Source: Candidatus Palauibacter poriticola
GTDB taxonomy: Bacteria; Gemmatimonadota; Gemmatimonadetes; Palauibacterales; Palauibacteraceae
Direction of reading: 5' to 3'
Assembly (NCBI GenBank): GCA_012270965.1
Contig: JAAXHJ010000082.1
Location: 20,919 to 84,918 of the forward strand
Length of the DNA stretch: 64,000 bases
Below the pieces are notes generated by a model, which did not search any database, had not been told where the DNA came from, and worked only from the letters and a program-made list of their open reading frames with translations. Position 1 is the stretch's first letter. Each line of letters begins with the position of its first letter. The position numbers were made by a program, and so were the translations under genes. Below, one piece after another: positions 1 to 10,171 of this stretch.

Positions 1-879
1 GGCGAAGCCCCCCGGCAGTTCCGCCGGATCCAGCCCCCACAGCGCCAGGTACTGCAGGCCGGGCGTGTCCGCCACGTAGCCGCCCGCCGGATACCGATAG
101 AGCGCCGACGCCACCGTCGTATGCCGCCCTCGCCCCCGCCGCCCGCTGATCTCGCCGACACGCAGGTCGAGTTCGGGGACGAGCGCGTTCAACAGGCTCG
201 ACTTCCCCACGCCCGACTGCCCGCTGAGCACCGTGATCCGCCCCGCGAGCCGTCCCGCGAGCGTCGTCAGTCCCGCCCTCGTTTCGACGCTCGTCCGCAG
301 CGTCTCCACGCCCAAGGCCGCGTACTGCTCGAGGCCGTCTCCGGAAGCGGGCCTCTCCCGGACGCGACCGGCCGGGGCGCGGACTGTCCCGGGCGCGGGC
401 TTCCCGGAGGCCTTCCCGGAGGCGGCCTTCCCGGAGACGGCCTTCCCGGCGCCCGGCCTCGCCGCGTTCAGCGCGGGCTCCGCGAGGTCCGTCTTGTTCA
501 CGATGAGGAAGGCGTCGATGCCGCTCAGCGCCGCCAGCGCGAGCAGTCGGTCCACCATGAGGAAATCGGGATCCGGCGCCGTCACCGAAACGACGACGGC
601 GACTTGGTCCACGTTCGCGACGATCACCTGTTCGCGCCGCTTGGAGACGCCGTGCCGGGAGAGCGCGCCGCTTCGCGGGCGGAGCCGAACGATCCGCATC
701 TCGTCGCCGACGCGTTCCAGCTCGACGAGGTCGCCGACCGACACGATGCGCGAGTCCTTCCGCTTCAGGCGCCCGCGCAGCGACGCCTGAACCACGGTCG
801 TGGCATCGTCCACGTGATAGACCCCACCCGCGATCCGCAGCACGCGGGCGACGGTGCTGATGGGGCCACCCGATGTCAC
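1..879 (-). CDS. rsgA: Ribosome small-subunit-dependent GTPase RsgA (partial; 3' end beyond window start)
   Basis: The minus-strand translation contains the permuted GTPase motifs: G4 'LIVNKTDL' followed by the P-loop 'GQSGVGKSSLLNAL'. A GTG start at 879..877 overlaps the sufU stop (GTGA). No stop is reached before the window start, which is why the ORF track does not list it. Confidence 0.7.
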   Translation of the reverse strand, partial: MTSGGPISTVARVLRIAGGVYHVDDATTVVQASLRGRLKRKDSRIVSVGDLVELERVGDEMRIVRLRPRSGALSRHGVSKRREQVIVANVDQVAVVVSVTAPDPDFLMVDRLLALAALSGIDAFLIVNKTDLAEPALNAARPGAGKAVSGKAASGKASGKPAPGTVRAPAGRVRERPASGDGLEQYAALGVETLRTSVETRAGLTTLAGRLAGRITVLSGQSGVGKSSLLNALVPELDLRVGEISGRRGRGRHTTVASALYRYPAGGYVADTPGLQYLALWGLDPAELPGGFA

Positions 880-1373
880 GCCGAGCCGCCGTCCGCCTCC
901 ATCCCGCCCCCCAGCTCTTCGAGACAGTTCCACGCCAGCAGCGCGCACTTGATGCGAACCGGAAACTTCGAGACGCCCGCCAGCGTGCGCAGATCGCCCA
1001 AGTCGTCGTCCGACAGGAGCGTCCCGTCTCCGTGCAGGAGGTGCGTGAACTTCGCGGAGAGTTCCAGCGCCTGCTCGAGCGACTTCCCCCGCACGCGTCC
1101 CGTCAGCATCGACGCGGACGCGAGGCTGATCGAGCACCCGCGGCCAAGGAAGCGCGCCTCGGCGATGCTCCCGCCCTCCACGCGCAACATGAGTTCGATC
1201 ACGTCGCCGCAGAGCGGGTTGTTCATCGTGATCGCGTGCGTGGCTTCTTCCAGATGCCCCCTGTTCCGGGGCCTCCGGTAGTGATCGAGGATGACTTCCT
1301 GGTATAACTGGTTGAGCGACGAGGGGATCGCCCGGTCGATCGTCCCGGGCGTGCTCGGACGGGGTTCGATCAT
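876..1373 (-). CDS. sufU: SUF Fe-S cluster assembly scaffold, SufU/NifU-like
   Basis: 165 aa protein with 'ILDHYRRPRNRG', 'NPLCGD' and conserved Cys residues typical of SufU. It lies immediately downstream of sufS. Confidence 0.8.
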   Translation of the reverse strand: MIEPRPSTPGTIDRAIPSSLNQLYQEVILDHYRRPRNRGHLEEATHAITMNNPLCGDVIELMLRVEGGSIAEARFLGRGCSISLASASMLTGRVRGKSLEQALELSAKFTHLLHGDGTLLSDDDLGDLRTLAGVSKFPVRIKCALLAWNCLEELGGGMEADGGSA

Positions 1374-1377
1374 GGAT

Positions 1378-2745
1378 TCAGGCGATGCCGCCGAAGACTT
1401 CGGCTGCCAGAGCGAGGCCGTCGCACAGCGCGTCGACTTCCCGCGGCGAATTGTAGAAGAAGAAGCTCGCGCGGGCCGTGGCGCTGATCCCGTAGTGGTC
1501 CATCAGCGGCTGGTTGCAGTGGTGCCCCGCCCGGATCGCAACTCCCCGCTGGTCGAGGATCGTGGAAAGGTCGTGCGGATGTATGTCACCGTACGTGAAG
1601 GAGAAGACCGCCGTCCGCTCTTCGCGCGGACCGTACAGGTGAAGCCCTTCGATCTCGTCGAGCCGATCGAGGACGGCGCGCTTCAGGACGCCTTCGTGCG
1701 CCGCGATCGCCTCCGGCCCGAGGTCCGCGAGAAAGCGTGCGGCTTCGCCGAAGCCCACGACGCCCGAGATGTTGGGCGTCCCGGCCTCGAACTTGTGCGG
1801 AACCTTGGCCCAGGAAGATCCCTCGAGCCTCACGTCCGAGATCATCTCGCCCCCGCCTTGGTAGGGAGGCATCTCCTCCAGCAGCTCGCGTCTGGCCCAC
1901 AGCGCCCCGACGCCGGTGGGGCCGCACATCTTGTGGCTGCTGAACGCGTAGAAGTCGCACCCGGTCTTCGCGACGTCGGTCAGCATGTGGGGCGCGGCCT
2001 GCGCTCCATCGATGAGCGTCAAGGCGCCCGCCGCGTGCGCCCGGTTCACGACCTCCCGCACCGGATTGACGGTCCCCAGGCTGTTGGAGACGTGCGTACA
2101 GGCGACCAGCCGGGTTCGCTTCCCCAAGAGCCGGTCGAAGTCGTCCAGATCGAGCGTGCCCCCGGGCGTGACGTCGACGAAGCGGAGATCGCACCCCGTA
2201 CGGCCCGCCAGCAGTTGCCACGGCACGAGGTTCGAGTGGTGCTCCATCTTCGTGAGCACGATCTCATCGCCCGCGCCGATGAACGCGTCTCCCCAACTCG
2301 AGGCGACGAGGTTCACCGCCTCCGTCGTGCCGCGGGTGAAGACGATCTCCGACGGATCCGTCGTGCCCGCGTGCGCCGCCACCGAACGGCGGGCACCCTC
2401 GTAGGCCTCCGTCGCCTCCGCGCTGAGCTGATGCACGCCGCGGTGCACGTTGGCGTGCTCCCGGCGCAGATAGCGCTCGACGCGGTTTAGAACGCGGAGC
2501 GGTTGCTGCGAACTCGCCGCGTTGTCCAGATAGGCCAGCGGGTGGCCGTTGACTTCACGCGAGAGGATGGGGAACTGGGCCCGGATCTCCGCGAGATCCC
2601 AGGCGCCACCCTCCGACGCCTCACCTGCCGCGCGTCGGCCGGCCGCCGCGGATGAACCGTCGGATGCCGCCGCGCCCGTCGCGCCCGCCGCGTCCGTCGC
2701 GCCCGCCGCGCGCGCCGTATCCATCATCTCCGTCGTCTTCGCCAT
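1378..2745 (-). CDS. sufS: Cysteine desulfurase SufS (class V aminotransferase)
   Basis: The 'SSHKMCGPTGVGALW' PLP-lysine/active-site region and 'HHSNLVPWQ' motif are present. The protein has a Gly/Ala-rich N-terminal extension, so the true start may lie downstream of 2745. Confidence 0.9.
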   Translation of the reverse strand: MAKTTEMMDTARAAGATDAAGATGAAASDGSSAAAGRRAAGEASEGGAWDLAEIRAQFPILSREVNGHPLAYLDNAASSQQPLRVLNRVERYLRREHANVHRGVHQLSAEATEAYEGARRSVAAHAGTTDPSEIVFTRGTTEAVNLVASSWGDAFIGAGDEIVLTKMEHHSNLVPWQLLAGRTGCDLRFVDVTPGGTLDLDDFDRLLGKRTRLVACTHVSNSLGTVNPVREVVNRAHAAGALTLIDGAQAAPHMLTDVAKTGCDFYAFSSHKMCGPTGVGALWARRELLEEMPPYQGGGEMISDVRLEGSSWAKVPHKFEAGTPNISGVVGFGEAARFLADLGPEAIAAHEGVLKRAVLDRLDEIEGLHLYGPREERTAVFSFTYGDIHPHDLSTILDQRGVAIRAGHHCNQPLMDHYGISATARASFFFYNSPREVDALCDGLALAAEVFGGIA

Positions 2746-2773
2746 CGGGGCCCGGTCCTCGGCTGGATCCCGC

Positions 2774-3085
2774 TCAGGCGAGGTCGACCTGAATGTCGTC
2801 CCCGTCGATCCGCACGTCGAAGCGCCGGACCGGCACGACCGCCGGGAGCGCCCTCGGCGCGCCGGTCACAAGATCGAAGCGCGCCCCGTGGAGGAGACAG
2901 GTGATCTCGCCCGCCTCGACCTCGCCCTCCGAGAGCGGGAACTCCTCGTGCGAGCAGCAATCTTCGAGCGCGTAGACCTCGCCCCCGCTTCGGATGAGGG
3001 CGATCGCCACATCCCCGGCCATCACCCCGCACGTCCCGTTCTCCGGCACATCTTGGACCCTAGCCACCGTGACGAATCGGCTCAT
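2774..3085 (-). CDS. Rieske [2Fe-2S] ferredoxin-like protein embedded in the suf operon
   Basis: CxH...CxxH Rieske ligands are present ('CCSHEEFPL' and 'CLLHGARF'). The start overlaps the sufD stop with an ATGA overlap. Confidence 0.8.
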   Translation of the reverse strand: MSRFVTVARVQDVPENGTCGVMAGDVAIALIRSGGEVYALEDCCSHEEFPLSEGEVEAGEITCLLHGARFDLVTGAPRALPAVVPVRRFDVRIDGDDIQVDLA

Positions 3086-4413
3086 AACCCGATCTTCTCC
3101 TCGATCGCTTCGCGTACGCGCGCCCGCACCCCCTCCATCGGAAGGCGTCCGAGAACCTCATCGAAGAACCCGAACACGAGCAGGCGCTCGGCTTGGCGGC
3201 GCGTGAGGCCGCGGCTCATGAGGTAGAAGAGTTGCCCGTCCTCCACCTGTCCGATCGTCGCTCCATGCGAGCAGCGCACATCGTCGGCCTCGATCTCCAG
3301 GTTGGGAAGCGCGGAGGCGTGGGAGCCCTCGCTCAGAAGCAGGTTGCGGTTCGTCTGATAGGCGTCCGTGAGCTGGGCTCCCTTGTCGACCCGGATCAGC
3401 CCGCGGAAGACGCTCGAACCCGAGTCCGTCAGCGCCCCCTTGAAGAGCAGATCGCTGTGCGCGTGCGGCGCCGCGTGATGCTGCAGCGTGTGGTGGTCGA
3501 AATGCTGGTCGGAGTCGCCGAACCAGAGCGCGAGCATCTCGCTGTCGCCGCCGGGCCCGTCGAGGCGGCTCGTGACGTCGGCCCGCGAAAGGTCGCCGCC
3601 CAGCGCGACGTTGAAGGTCACGATACGCGAGTCGCGGCCTGCGGCGACGTGCTGCGCCGAGAAGCGCTTCACACCCCGGCCGAAGCGCTGGAGCGCCACG
3701 TACTCGATACTCGCGCCCCCCTCCCCCGTGATCGTCGCCCCATGAAGCGAGACGGTCTCCGCATCGAGGTCGTCGGAGAAAAACTCGTCGATGACCGCGC
3801 CCCGCGCCCCCGCCTCTCCGTACACGAACGAATGCGCGGAGGAGAGCGTCCCGGCCCGCTCGACGATGTGAAACGCGTGGACCGGCGCCGGCATCTCCAC
3901 CCCGCGCGGCACGTGGAGGAAGTAGCCGCCGCCCAGGAGGGCGAGGTGCAGCGCCCACAGCTTCTCCTCGGCCGGGGCCGGCTGCGCCTCCAGCAGCGCG
4001 CGCCTCAGCACGTCCGGATGCCGCTCCGCCGCCTCCCGGATCGAGCACAGGACCACGCCGCTCCGCGCCACCTCCGGTTCGAGTTCGAGATGCGCGACCC
4101 GTCCCTCCCGCAGCACGACGACGCCCGCGCGCTCCCCGGAGCGTCCGAGCACCTCGCGCACGTCCGCGGGCAGCGCTTCCGCCGTCGCGGGCGCCGGCAC
4201 GACCGGCGCAAGCGCGTCGAAACCGACCTTCGCGAGGTCCGTGTACCGCCATTCCTCCGACTTCCTCGTCGGCCAGGGAAGGGCGGTGAACCGTTCCCAT
4301 GCGGCGGCTCGCGCCCCCGCGACCGCTTCCGGCTCCGCCAGTCCGCCGGCAAGCGCATTGAAGTCCGCCGCGGCCAGCGTCGATTCCGCCGGCCCGGCCA
4401 TCACCGTGCTCAT
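3082..4413 (-). CDS. sufD: Fe-S cluster assembly protein SufD
   Basis: 443 aa protein between sufB and the Rieske gene. It has the SufBD-type C-terminal beta-helix signature 'LFYLMSRGL' and a Gly/Ala-rich N-terminus. Confidence 0.85.
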   Translation of the reverse strand: MSTVMAGPAESTLAAADFNALAGGLAEPEAVAGARAAAWERFTALPWPTRKSEEWRYTDLAKVGFDALAPVVPAPATAEALPADVREVLGRSGERAGVVVLREGRVAHLELEPEVARSGVVLCSIREAAERHPDVLRRALLEAQPAPAEEKLWALHLALLGGGYFLHVPRGVEMPAPVHAFHIVERAGTLSSAHSFVYGEAGARGAVIDEFFSDDLDAETVSLHGATITGEGGASIEYVALQRFGRGVKRFSAQHVAAGRDSRIVTFNVALGGDLSRADVTSRLDGPGGDSEMLALWFGDSDQHFDHHTLQHHAAPHAHSDLLFKGALTDSGSSVFRGLIRVDKGAQLTDAYQTNRNLLLSEGSHASALPNLEIEADDVRCSHGATIGQVEDGQLFYLMSRGLTRRQAERLLVFGFFDEVLGRLPMEGVRARVREAIEEKIGL

Positions 4414-4460
4414 ATCCCGAGAATCCCTCGTGTCCGTGTCCGGAAGTGGAGTCCGAACCG

Positions 4461-5876
4461 CTATCCGACCGACCCTTCCATCTCCAGTTCGATCAGCCGG
4501 TTCAGTTCGATCGCGTACTCGAGCGGCAACTCCTTGGCCACCGGCTCGATGAAGCCCCGCACGATCATCGCCATCGCCTCCGCCTCATCGAGACCACGGC
4601 TCATCAGATAGAAGAGCTGCTCGTCGCCGACCTTCGAGACCGTGGCCTCGTGCCCGATCGACGCCGTGTTCTCGTCGATCTCGATGTAGGGGTAGGTGTC
4701 CGTACGCGACCGCTCGTCGAGCAGCAGCGCGTCGCACTCGACGTTGGACTTCGCGCCCACCGCGCCGTCGTACACCTTGCACAGTCCGCGGTACGAGGAG
4801 CGCCCGAGCCCCTTCGAGATCGACTTCGAGGTGATCTGGGATGTCGTGTTCGGAGCGGCGTGGATCACCTTGCCGCCCGTGTCCTGGTGCTGCCCGTCCC
4901 CCGCGTACGCGATGGAGAGGATCTCGCCGTGCGCCCGCTCTCCGACCAGAAAGCACGACGGATACTTCATCGTGAGTTTCGAGCCCAGGTTCCCGTCGAG
5001 CCACTCCATCTTCGCCTCCTCGTGCACGAGTGCCCGCTGCGTGACGAGGTTGTACATGTTGTTCGACCAGTTCTGGATCGTCGTGTACCGGAAGCGCGCG
5101 CCCTTCTTGACCACGATCTCGATGACGCCGGAGTGGAACGAGTCCGTCGAGTAGACCGGCGCCGTACAACCCTCGATGTAGTGGGCTTCGGCCCCCTCTT
5201 CGCAGATGATGAGGGTGCGCTCGAACTGGCCCATGCGCTCCGCGTTGACCCGGAAGTAGGCCTGGAGGGGGATCTCCACCTTCACCCCCTTCGGGATGTG
5301 GACGAACGACCCTCCAGACCACACGGCCGAGTTGAGTGCCGCGAACTTGTTGTCGTGCGTGGGAACGACGGTCGAGAAATACTGCCGGAACAGCTGGGGG
5401 TGCTTCGCGAGCCCATCCTCGATCGACTCGAAGATCACACCCTGCTCCTCCCACTGCTCCTTTAGGGAGTGGTAGACCATCTCGGACTCGTACTGGGCCC
5501 CGACCCCGGCGAGCGCCTTACGCTCCGCCTCGGGGATCCCAAGCTTCTCGAACGTGTCCTTGATCTCCCGCGGGACATCGTCCCACGACCGTTCCATCTG
5601 GTCCTGCGGCTTCAGGTAGAAATAGATCTCGTCGAGCGTGTCCTCGAGTTTCGAGAGATCGCCGCCCCACTTCGGCATCGGCTTGGAGTAGTAGACCTCG
5701 AGCGCCTTCAGCCGGAAGTCGAGCATCCATTCCGGCTCTTCCTTGTGACGGGAGATCTGACGCACGATGTCGCTGGAGAGCCCGGGGACGGCCTTGAAGA
5801 CGGGCTTGTCCTCCGTAACGAACCCGTACTTGTACTCGTCGAGCCCGAGCCCGGTGATCGTCTCGTTCTGAGGCAT
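4461..5876 (-). CDS. sufB: Fe-S cluster assembly protein SufB
   Basis: 471 aa highly conserved SufB. Recognisable motifs include 'GLDEYKYGF', '[10 protein letters not shown]' and '[15 protein letters not shown]'. Confidence 0.95.
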   Translation of the reverse strand: MPQNETITGLGLDEYKYGFVTEDKPVFKAVPGLSSDIVRQISRHKEEPEWMLDFRLKALEVYYSKPMPKWGGDLSKLEDTLDEIYFYLKPQDQMERSWDDVPREIKDTFEKLGIPEAERKALAGVGAQYESEMVYHSLKEQWEEQGVIFESIEDGLAKHPQLFRQYFSTVVPTHDNKFAALNSAVWSGGSFVHIPKGVKVEIPLQAYFRVNAERMGQFERTLIICEEGAEAHYIEGCTAPVYSTDSFHSGVIEIVVKKGARFRYTTIQNWSNNMYNLVTQRALVHEEAKMEWLDGNLGSKLTMKYPSCFLVGERAHGEILSIAYAGDGQHQDTGGKVIHAAPNTTSQITSKSISKGLGRSSYRGLCKVYDGAVGAKSNVECDALLLDERSRTDTYPYIEIDENTASIGHEATVSKVGDEQLFYLMSRGLDEAEAMAMIVRGFIEPVAKELPLEYAIELNRLIELEMEGSVG

Positions 5877-5901
5877 GGTTCTTCCACCTTCCCTTACGGA
5901 G

Positions 5902-6675
5902 TCAGACCGTCGCCGCCGCCTGCTGGAGCCAGTCGTAACCCTCGGCTTCCAGCTTGTCGGCCAGCGAGGCGCCGCCGCTCTCCGCGATGCGGCCGGCCAC
6001 CATCACATGCACGGTGTCCGGCTCGATGTAGTTGAGGATCCGCTTGTAGTGCGTGATGAGCAGCACGCCGAGCGCCTCGTCGGCTTCGGACAGGCGGTTT
6101 ACGCCGCGGGCCACGATCTTGAGCGCGTCGATGTCGAGTCCGCTGTCGGTCTCGTCCAGAACCCCGAGCGCCGGCCGAAGCACGGCCATCTGCAGGATCT
6201 CGTTCCGCTTCTTCTCGCCGCCGGAGAAGCCGTCGTTCACATACCGGGCCGCGAAGCCCGGATCCATCTTCAACATCTCCATCTTCTCGGTGAGCGTGCG
6301 CTGGAACCCGAACACGTCCATTTCCTCGCCCTCGTCCAGCCGCGCGTTCACGGCGGTGCGCAGAAAATTGGCGATCGAGACGCCCGGGATCTCCGCCGGA
6401 TACTGGAAGGCGAGAAAGATCCCCGCGCGGCTCCGCTCATCGGGCTCCAGCTCGAGGACATCCTCCCCCTCGAACAGGATCTCGCCCGCCGTCACCTCGT
6501 ACGCGGGGTGGCCCGCGATGACCTTGGCGAGCGTGCTCTTGCCCGAGCCGTTGGGCCCCATCAGCGCGTGCACCTCGCCGCGCTCGAGGTCCAGATCGAC
6601 GCCGCGGAGGATCTCTCCGTCCTCGCCTCCGACCTTCGCCCGGAGTCCGCGTATCGACAGAAGCGGTTCTGACAT
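5902..6675 (-). CDS. sufC: Fe-S cluster assembly ATPase SufC
   Basis: The Walker A '[10 protein letters not shown]', ABC signature 'FSGGEKKR' and Walker B 'LDETDSGLD' are present. I use the ATG at 6675, which is preceded by an AAGAGGA RBS. The ORF track's longer start at 6735 is considered unlikely. Confidence 0.9.
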   Translation of the reverse strand: MSEPLLSIRGLRAKVGGEDGEILRGVDLDLERGEVHALMGPNGSGKSTLAKVIAGHPAYEVTAGEILFEGEDVLELEPDERSRAGIFLAFQYPAEIPGVSIANFLRTAVNARLDEGEEMDVFGFQRTLTEKMEMLKMDPGFAARYVNDGFSGGEKKRNEILQMAVLRPALGVLDETDSGLDIDALKIVARGVNRLSEADEALGVLLITHYKRILNYIEPDTVHVMVAGRIAESGGASLADKLEAEGYDWLQQAAATV

Positions 6676-6756
6676 TCGTGTCCTCTTGTGTTGCAAAAGG
6701 CCGGTCACTCGGGGGCGCCGGCCTGCTGGAAGCATACCGAATCGAATCGGGATGAA

Positions 6757-6773
6757 CCGATAACGATTATCGG
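6757..6773. promoter_or_regulatory. Fur-box-like near-palindrome (CCGATAACGATTATCGG) in the suf promoter region
   Basis: This 17 bp 7-1-7 inverted repeat resembles the Fur consensus GATAATGATAATCATTATC. It lies about 85 bp upstream of the sufC start. A second inverted repeat, GTTGAGA-n5-TCTCAAC, lies at 6814-6832. Confidence 0.35.
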
Positions 6774-6894
6774 CGGGACAAAGTACGCCGGGCGCGACCC
6801 CATATCAAGCCTCGTTGAGACCCGTTCTCAACTGTGGCGACGCGGTCGGTCGGGTTCCTGCACGGGCCGCGGCGCGACCGTAGGTTTGGCGGCC

Positions 6895-7929
6895 ATGAGA
6901 GCGGCCTACTTCGAACGACACGGCGGGCCCGACGTCATCCGCGTCGGCGACCTGCGCGAGCCGTCGGCGGGTGCCGGCGAGGTGCTGATCCGCGTGCGCG
7001 CGGCGGGCCTCAATCACCTCGATCTCTGGACGCGGCGCGGCCTGCCGGGACTCACGCTGAAGATGCCGCACATCGGAGGATCGGATGTGGCGGGGGAGAT
7101 TGCGGCGACGGGGGATGGAGTGGAGGGCTGGTCTCCCGGCGACCGGGTGGCGGTAAACCCGGGACTCTGGTGCGCCCCCGCCGACTGCGAGTGGTGCGTC
7201 CGCGGCGAGCACCCCCTCTGCGCCTCCTACCGCATCCTCGGCGAGCACGTACCCGGCGGCTTCGCGGAACAGGTCGCGGTTCCGGCGCGCAATTTGGTCC
7301 GGCTCCCGGACGGCTTCCCGTTCGCGACCGCGGCCGTCGCGCCCCTCGTATACCAGACGGCGTGGCGCGGACTCCTCTCGCGGGGACGGCTGGCGGCGGG
7401 AGAGACGGTCCTCGTCACCGGGGCGTCGGGCGGCGTCTCCACCGCCGCGATCCAGATCGCGAAACACCGCGGGGCGCGCGTGTTCGCGGTCACGAGCGGC
7501 CCCGCGAACGTCCGGCGCGTGGAAGCGCTCGGAGCCGACCTCGTCATCGACCGTCTCGAGGAGGACTTCTCACGCCGCGTGTGGATGGAGACGGAGAAGC
7601 GCGGCGTCGACCTCGTCCTCGACAGCGTGGGCGCGGCGACGTGGGATGGCTGCGTTCGCGCGCTGGCGCGTGCGGGCAGGATGGTCGTGTACGGCGCGAC
7701 GACCGGTCCGCGGGGCACGCTCAACATCGCGCGTCTGTTCTGGAGCCAGACGTCGATCATGGGAACGACGATGGCGACGCGTGCCGAGTTCGAGGCCGTG
7801 ATGGGGCTCGTGCTGGACGGCGCCCTCACCCCGGTCGTCGATGACCTTTGGCCATTGGAGCGGGCGCGCGAGGCCCACGAGCGGCTGGAGGCGGGCGGGG
7901 TCTTCGGGAAGCTCGTCCTCGAGCCGTGA
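6895..7929 (+). CDS. Zinc-binding alcohol dehydrogenase / quinone oxidoreductase (MDR superfamily)
   Basis: The protein starts 'MRAAYFERHGGPDV', carries a GxGxxG Rossmann motif ('VTGASGGVSTAAIQIA') and MDR catalytic-domain motifs. It is divergent from the suf operon. Confidence 0.8.
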   Translation: MRAAYFERHGGPDVIRVGDLREPSAGAGEVLIRVRAAGLNHLDLWTRRGLPGLTLKMPHIGGSDVAGEIAATGDGVEGWSPGDRVAVNPGLWCAPADCEWCVRGEHPLCASYRILGEHVPGGFAEQVAVPARNLVRLPDGFPFATAAVAPLVYQTAWRGLLSRGRLAAGETVLVTGASGGVSTAAIQIAKHRGARVFAVTSGPANVRRVEALGADLVIDRLEEDFSRRVWMETEKRGVDLVLDSVGAATWDGCVRALARAGRMVVYGATTGPRGTLNIARLFWSQTSIMGTTMATRAEFEAVMGLVLDGALTPVVDDLWPLERAREAHERLEAGGVFGKLVLEP

Positions 7930-9698
7930 CTCCGGCAGCGGCTCCGGGGCGCGCCGAACGGTTCCGGAGCCTTGCGGAGACCGCCTTCGACATCCTCGTC
8001 ATCGGAGGCGGCATTTCCGGCGCGGCCGTCGCGCGCGACGCGGCCCGCCGCGGGTTTCGCACCGCTCTCGTTGAAGCGGCTGATTTCGCGCGGGGCACGA
8101 GCAGTCGTTCCTCCCGCCTCGTCCACGGCGGCCTGCGCTACCTGGAGCACTTCGAGTTCGACCTCGTGTTCGAGGCGAGTCAGGAACGGCGGACCCTGCT
8201 CCGCATCGCGACCCACCTCGTCCGGCCGCTGGAGTTCCACTTTCCCATCTTCCGTGAGGGTCGGATCGGCCGGCGCAAGCTGGACGCGGGGATGTGGCTC
8301 TACGACGCGCTCTCGCTGTTCCGGAACATCGAACGCCATCAGATGCTCGACCCGGAGGCCATGCTGGCCCGTGAACCGGGGCTGCGCGTTGAGGGGCTTC
8401 TCGGCGGCGCGCGCTATTTCGACGCCCAAGTCGACGATGCGCGGCTCGTCGTCACGACCATCGTGGCGGCCGTCGAGGCCGGCGCGACCGTGGTCAACCG
8501 GGCCGAAGTCGTCCGCATCGACACCTCGGACTGGCCGGGCCACCGGGCGCTGGTGAGAGATGCGGAGAGCGGACGGGAAGTAGAGGTCGACGCGCTCGCG
8601 ATCGTCAACGCCACCGGCGCGTGGGCCGAACAGACGCTCGACCGCGTCACCGCCGGCCCGCGGGCGCCGGGCGCGGACGCTGGCGCGGCCCCCGGCTCGG
8701 GCGCTGGCGCGGCCTCCGCCGTGCGCATCCGGCCCTCGCGGGGGACGCACATCCACGTGGCGCGCGAGCGGGTGGGGCACTCCGGCGCGCTGATCTTCGA
8801 GGCGCCCCAGGACGGCCGCGTGATGTTCATCCTCCCGTGGCGGGAGGACCTGACCCTGATCGGCACGACGGACGAGTTTTTCGACGGCCGCCCACACGAG
8901 GTCGCGGCCACCCCCGGCGACATCGCCTACCTGCTCGAGGCCACCCGTCGCCTGCTCCCCGCGTCGAAGCTGGGACCGGAGGATGTGATCAGCGCGTGGG
9001 CCGGCCTGCGGCCGCTCGTCGCGCCGCCCGCCGACGGCGCCGACGAGGGTGCCGTGTCGAGGGAGTTCGAGGTCCATCAGCATCCGCCGGGAATCTTCAC
9101 GCTGAGCGGAGGTAAGCTGACCTCTCACCGGCACATGGCCGAGGCGACGGTGGATCGCGTACAGGCGTTCCTCGCGCCGGCCGGCGTGAAGGCGCTTCGG
9201 AGGGTGGACACGGACAAGGTCCCGCTCCCCGGCGCGCGGTTCCGGGATCTGGAGGCGCTCCGCGGCCAAATCCGGGCGCGCGCCCGCGCCTTGGGCCTCG
9301 GGTGCGCCTCCGCGGGCCTCGTGCGCGCCTCCGCCGACCGCCTCACGCGCGCGTACGGGACGAGGGCGAACCGGGTGCTCGACTTGGTTGAGCGAGACCC
9401 GCGGCTCGGCGAGCGGGTCGTCGCGGAGAGGCCGCACCTTCTGGCCGAAGCGGTGTATTCGGTACGGAGCGAGATGGCCCTTCACGTCGAGGACATTCTC
9501 TTTCGGCGGATGCGGGTCGGCCTCGAAACGCGCTCCGGGACGCCGGAGGCCGCGCGCCGCGTCTCCGAAGTCGTGGCCCCGGAGCTGGACTGGACGGAGG
9601 AACGGCAGATGGAGGAAGTGAAACGGGCCTTGGCCTTCAGGGCGGTGGACGACGGCGCGATCCGCCAGTTGGCGGCCCGCGCGAAGGGGGTTCGTTGA
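7926..9698 (+). CDS. glpD: FAD-dependent glycerol-3-phosphate dehydrogenase/oxidase (GlpD/GlpA family)
   Basis: The 'DILVIGGGISGAAVARDAARRG' FAD-binding fold, 'RLVHGGLRYLE' and a C-terminal GlpD-type domain are present. The GTG start overlaps the alcohol dehydrogenase stop (GTGA). An alternative later start is possible. Confidence 0.8.
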   Translation: MTPAAAPGRAERFRSLAETAFDILVIGGGISGAAVARDAARRGFRTALVEAADFARGTSSRSSRLVHGGLRYLEHFEFDLVFEASQERRTLLRIATHLVRPLEFHFPIFREGRIGRRKLDAGMWLYDALSLFRNIERHQMLDPEAMLAREPGLRVEGLLGGARYFDAQVDDARLVVTTIVAAVEAGATVVNRAEVVRIDTSDWPGHRALVRDAESGREVEVDALAIVNATGAWAEQTLDRVTAGPRAPGADAGAAPGSGAGAASAVRIRPSRGTHIHVARERVGHSGALIFEAPQDGRVMFILPWREDLTLIGTTDEFFDGRPHEVAATPGDIAYLLEATRRLLPASKLGPEDVISAWAGLRPLVAPPADGADEGAVSREFEVHQHPPGIFTLSGGKLTSHRHMAEATVDRVQAFLAPAGVKALRRVDTDKVPLPGARFRDLEALRGQIRARARALGLGCASAGLVRASADRLTRAYGTRANRVLDLVERDPRLGERVVAERPHLLAEAVYSVRSEMALHVEDILFRRMRVGLETRSGTPEAARRVSEVVAPELDWTEERQMEEVKRALAFRAVDDGAIRQLAARAKGVR

Positions 9699-10171
9699 AC
9701 GTGCGGCCCGGCTGGCCGCGCCGCACCCTTCTTGCGTTCGCGTGGCTCGCGGCGGCGTGCGCGGCGGCCTGCGCTCCGCCCGCCGACACCGCGGATTCGT
9801 CCGCTGTCCCGCCGGATTCCGTGCCGTCCGGCGACGCCGCGGCGCTCGCCCCGCTCCCAGGCGAGGGCCCGGCCCGCGAGTACCGGATCCTCCTGGTCAA
9901 TCCGCTCGACCGCGACGCCTACGTCTTCGCCGCCGCCGGAGCCGGGAGCGTGGCGCTCGACACCGTGCCGCGCCGGGATTCGGTCCGCGTGAACATTCGA
10001 GTGCGCGCCGACCTCGTCCGTCTCGAGGCCCGCGCTGCGGAAGGCATGCTCTTGGCAGAGACCGACGTCGCGCTGGCCCGGGACACCCTCAACCGCTGGG
10101 TCATCGGGGCCGACGCCACCGCCCGGCGCGTCACCTCCAACGTGTCACCTTTGGGCCCGAGAGTTCGTTAA
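9695..10171 (+). CDS. Hypothetical lipoprotein
   Basis: A TTG start overlaps the glpD stop. The lipoprotein signal 'LLAFAWLAAACAAAC' is present. The protein is 158 aa with no recognised domain. Confidence 0.5.
   Translation: MNVRPGWPRRTLLAFAWLAAACAAACAPPADTADSSAVPPDSVPSGDAAALAPLPGEGPAREYRILLVNPLDRDAYVFAAAGAGSVALDTVPRRDSVRVNIRVRADLVRLEARAAEGMLLAETDVALARDTLNRWVIGADATARRVTSNVSPLGPRVR

Noticed and set aside
121-1307. Plus-strand ORFs 121..1281, 233..790 and 873..1307 at the window start
   Set aside because: They are antisense to an rsgA homolog (G4 and P-loop motifs present on the minus strand) and to sufU. Their products are low-complexity Arg/Pro-rich sequences typical of GC-driven spurious ORFs.
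3158-5465. ORFs overlapping sufD/sufB in other frames (3158..4300-, 3193..4611+, 4446..5465+, 4585..5454-)
   Set aside because: They overlap strongly conserved SufB/SufD coding sequence. Their translations are Arg/Gly/Pro-rich with no motifs.
7227-9485. 752 aa minus-strand ORF antisense to the alcohol dehydrogenase and glpD genes
   Set aside because: It is antisense to two genes with clear family motifs. Its translation is low-complexity and there is no RBS or signal.
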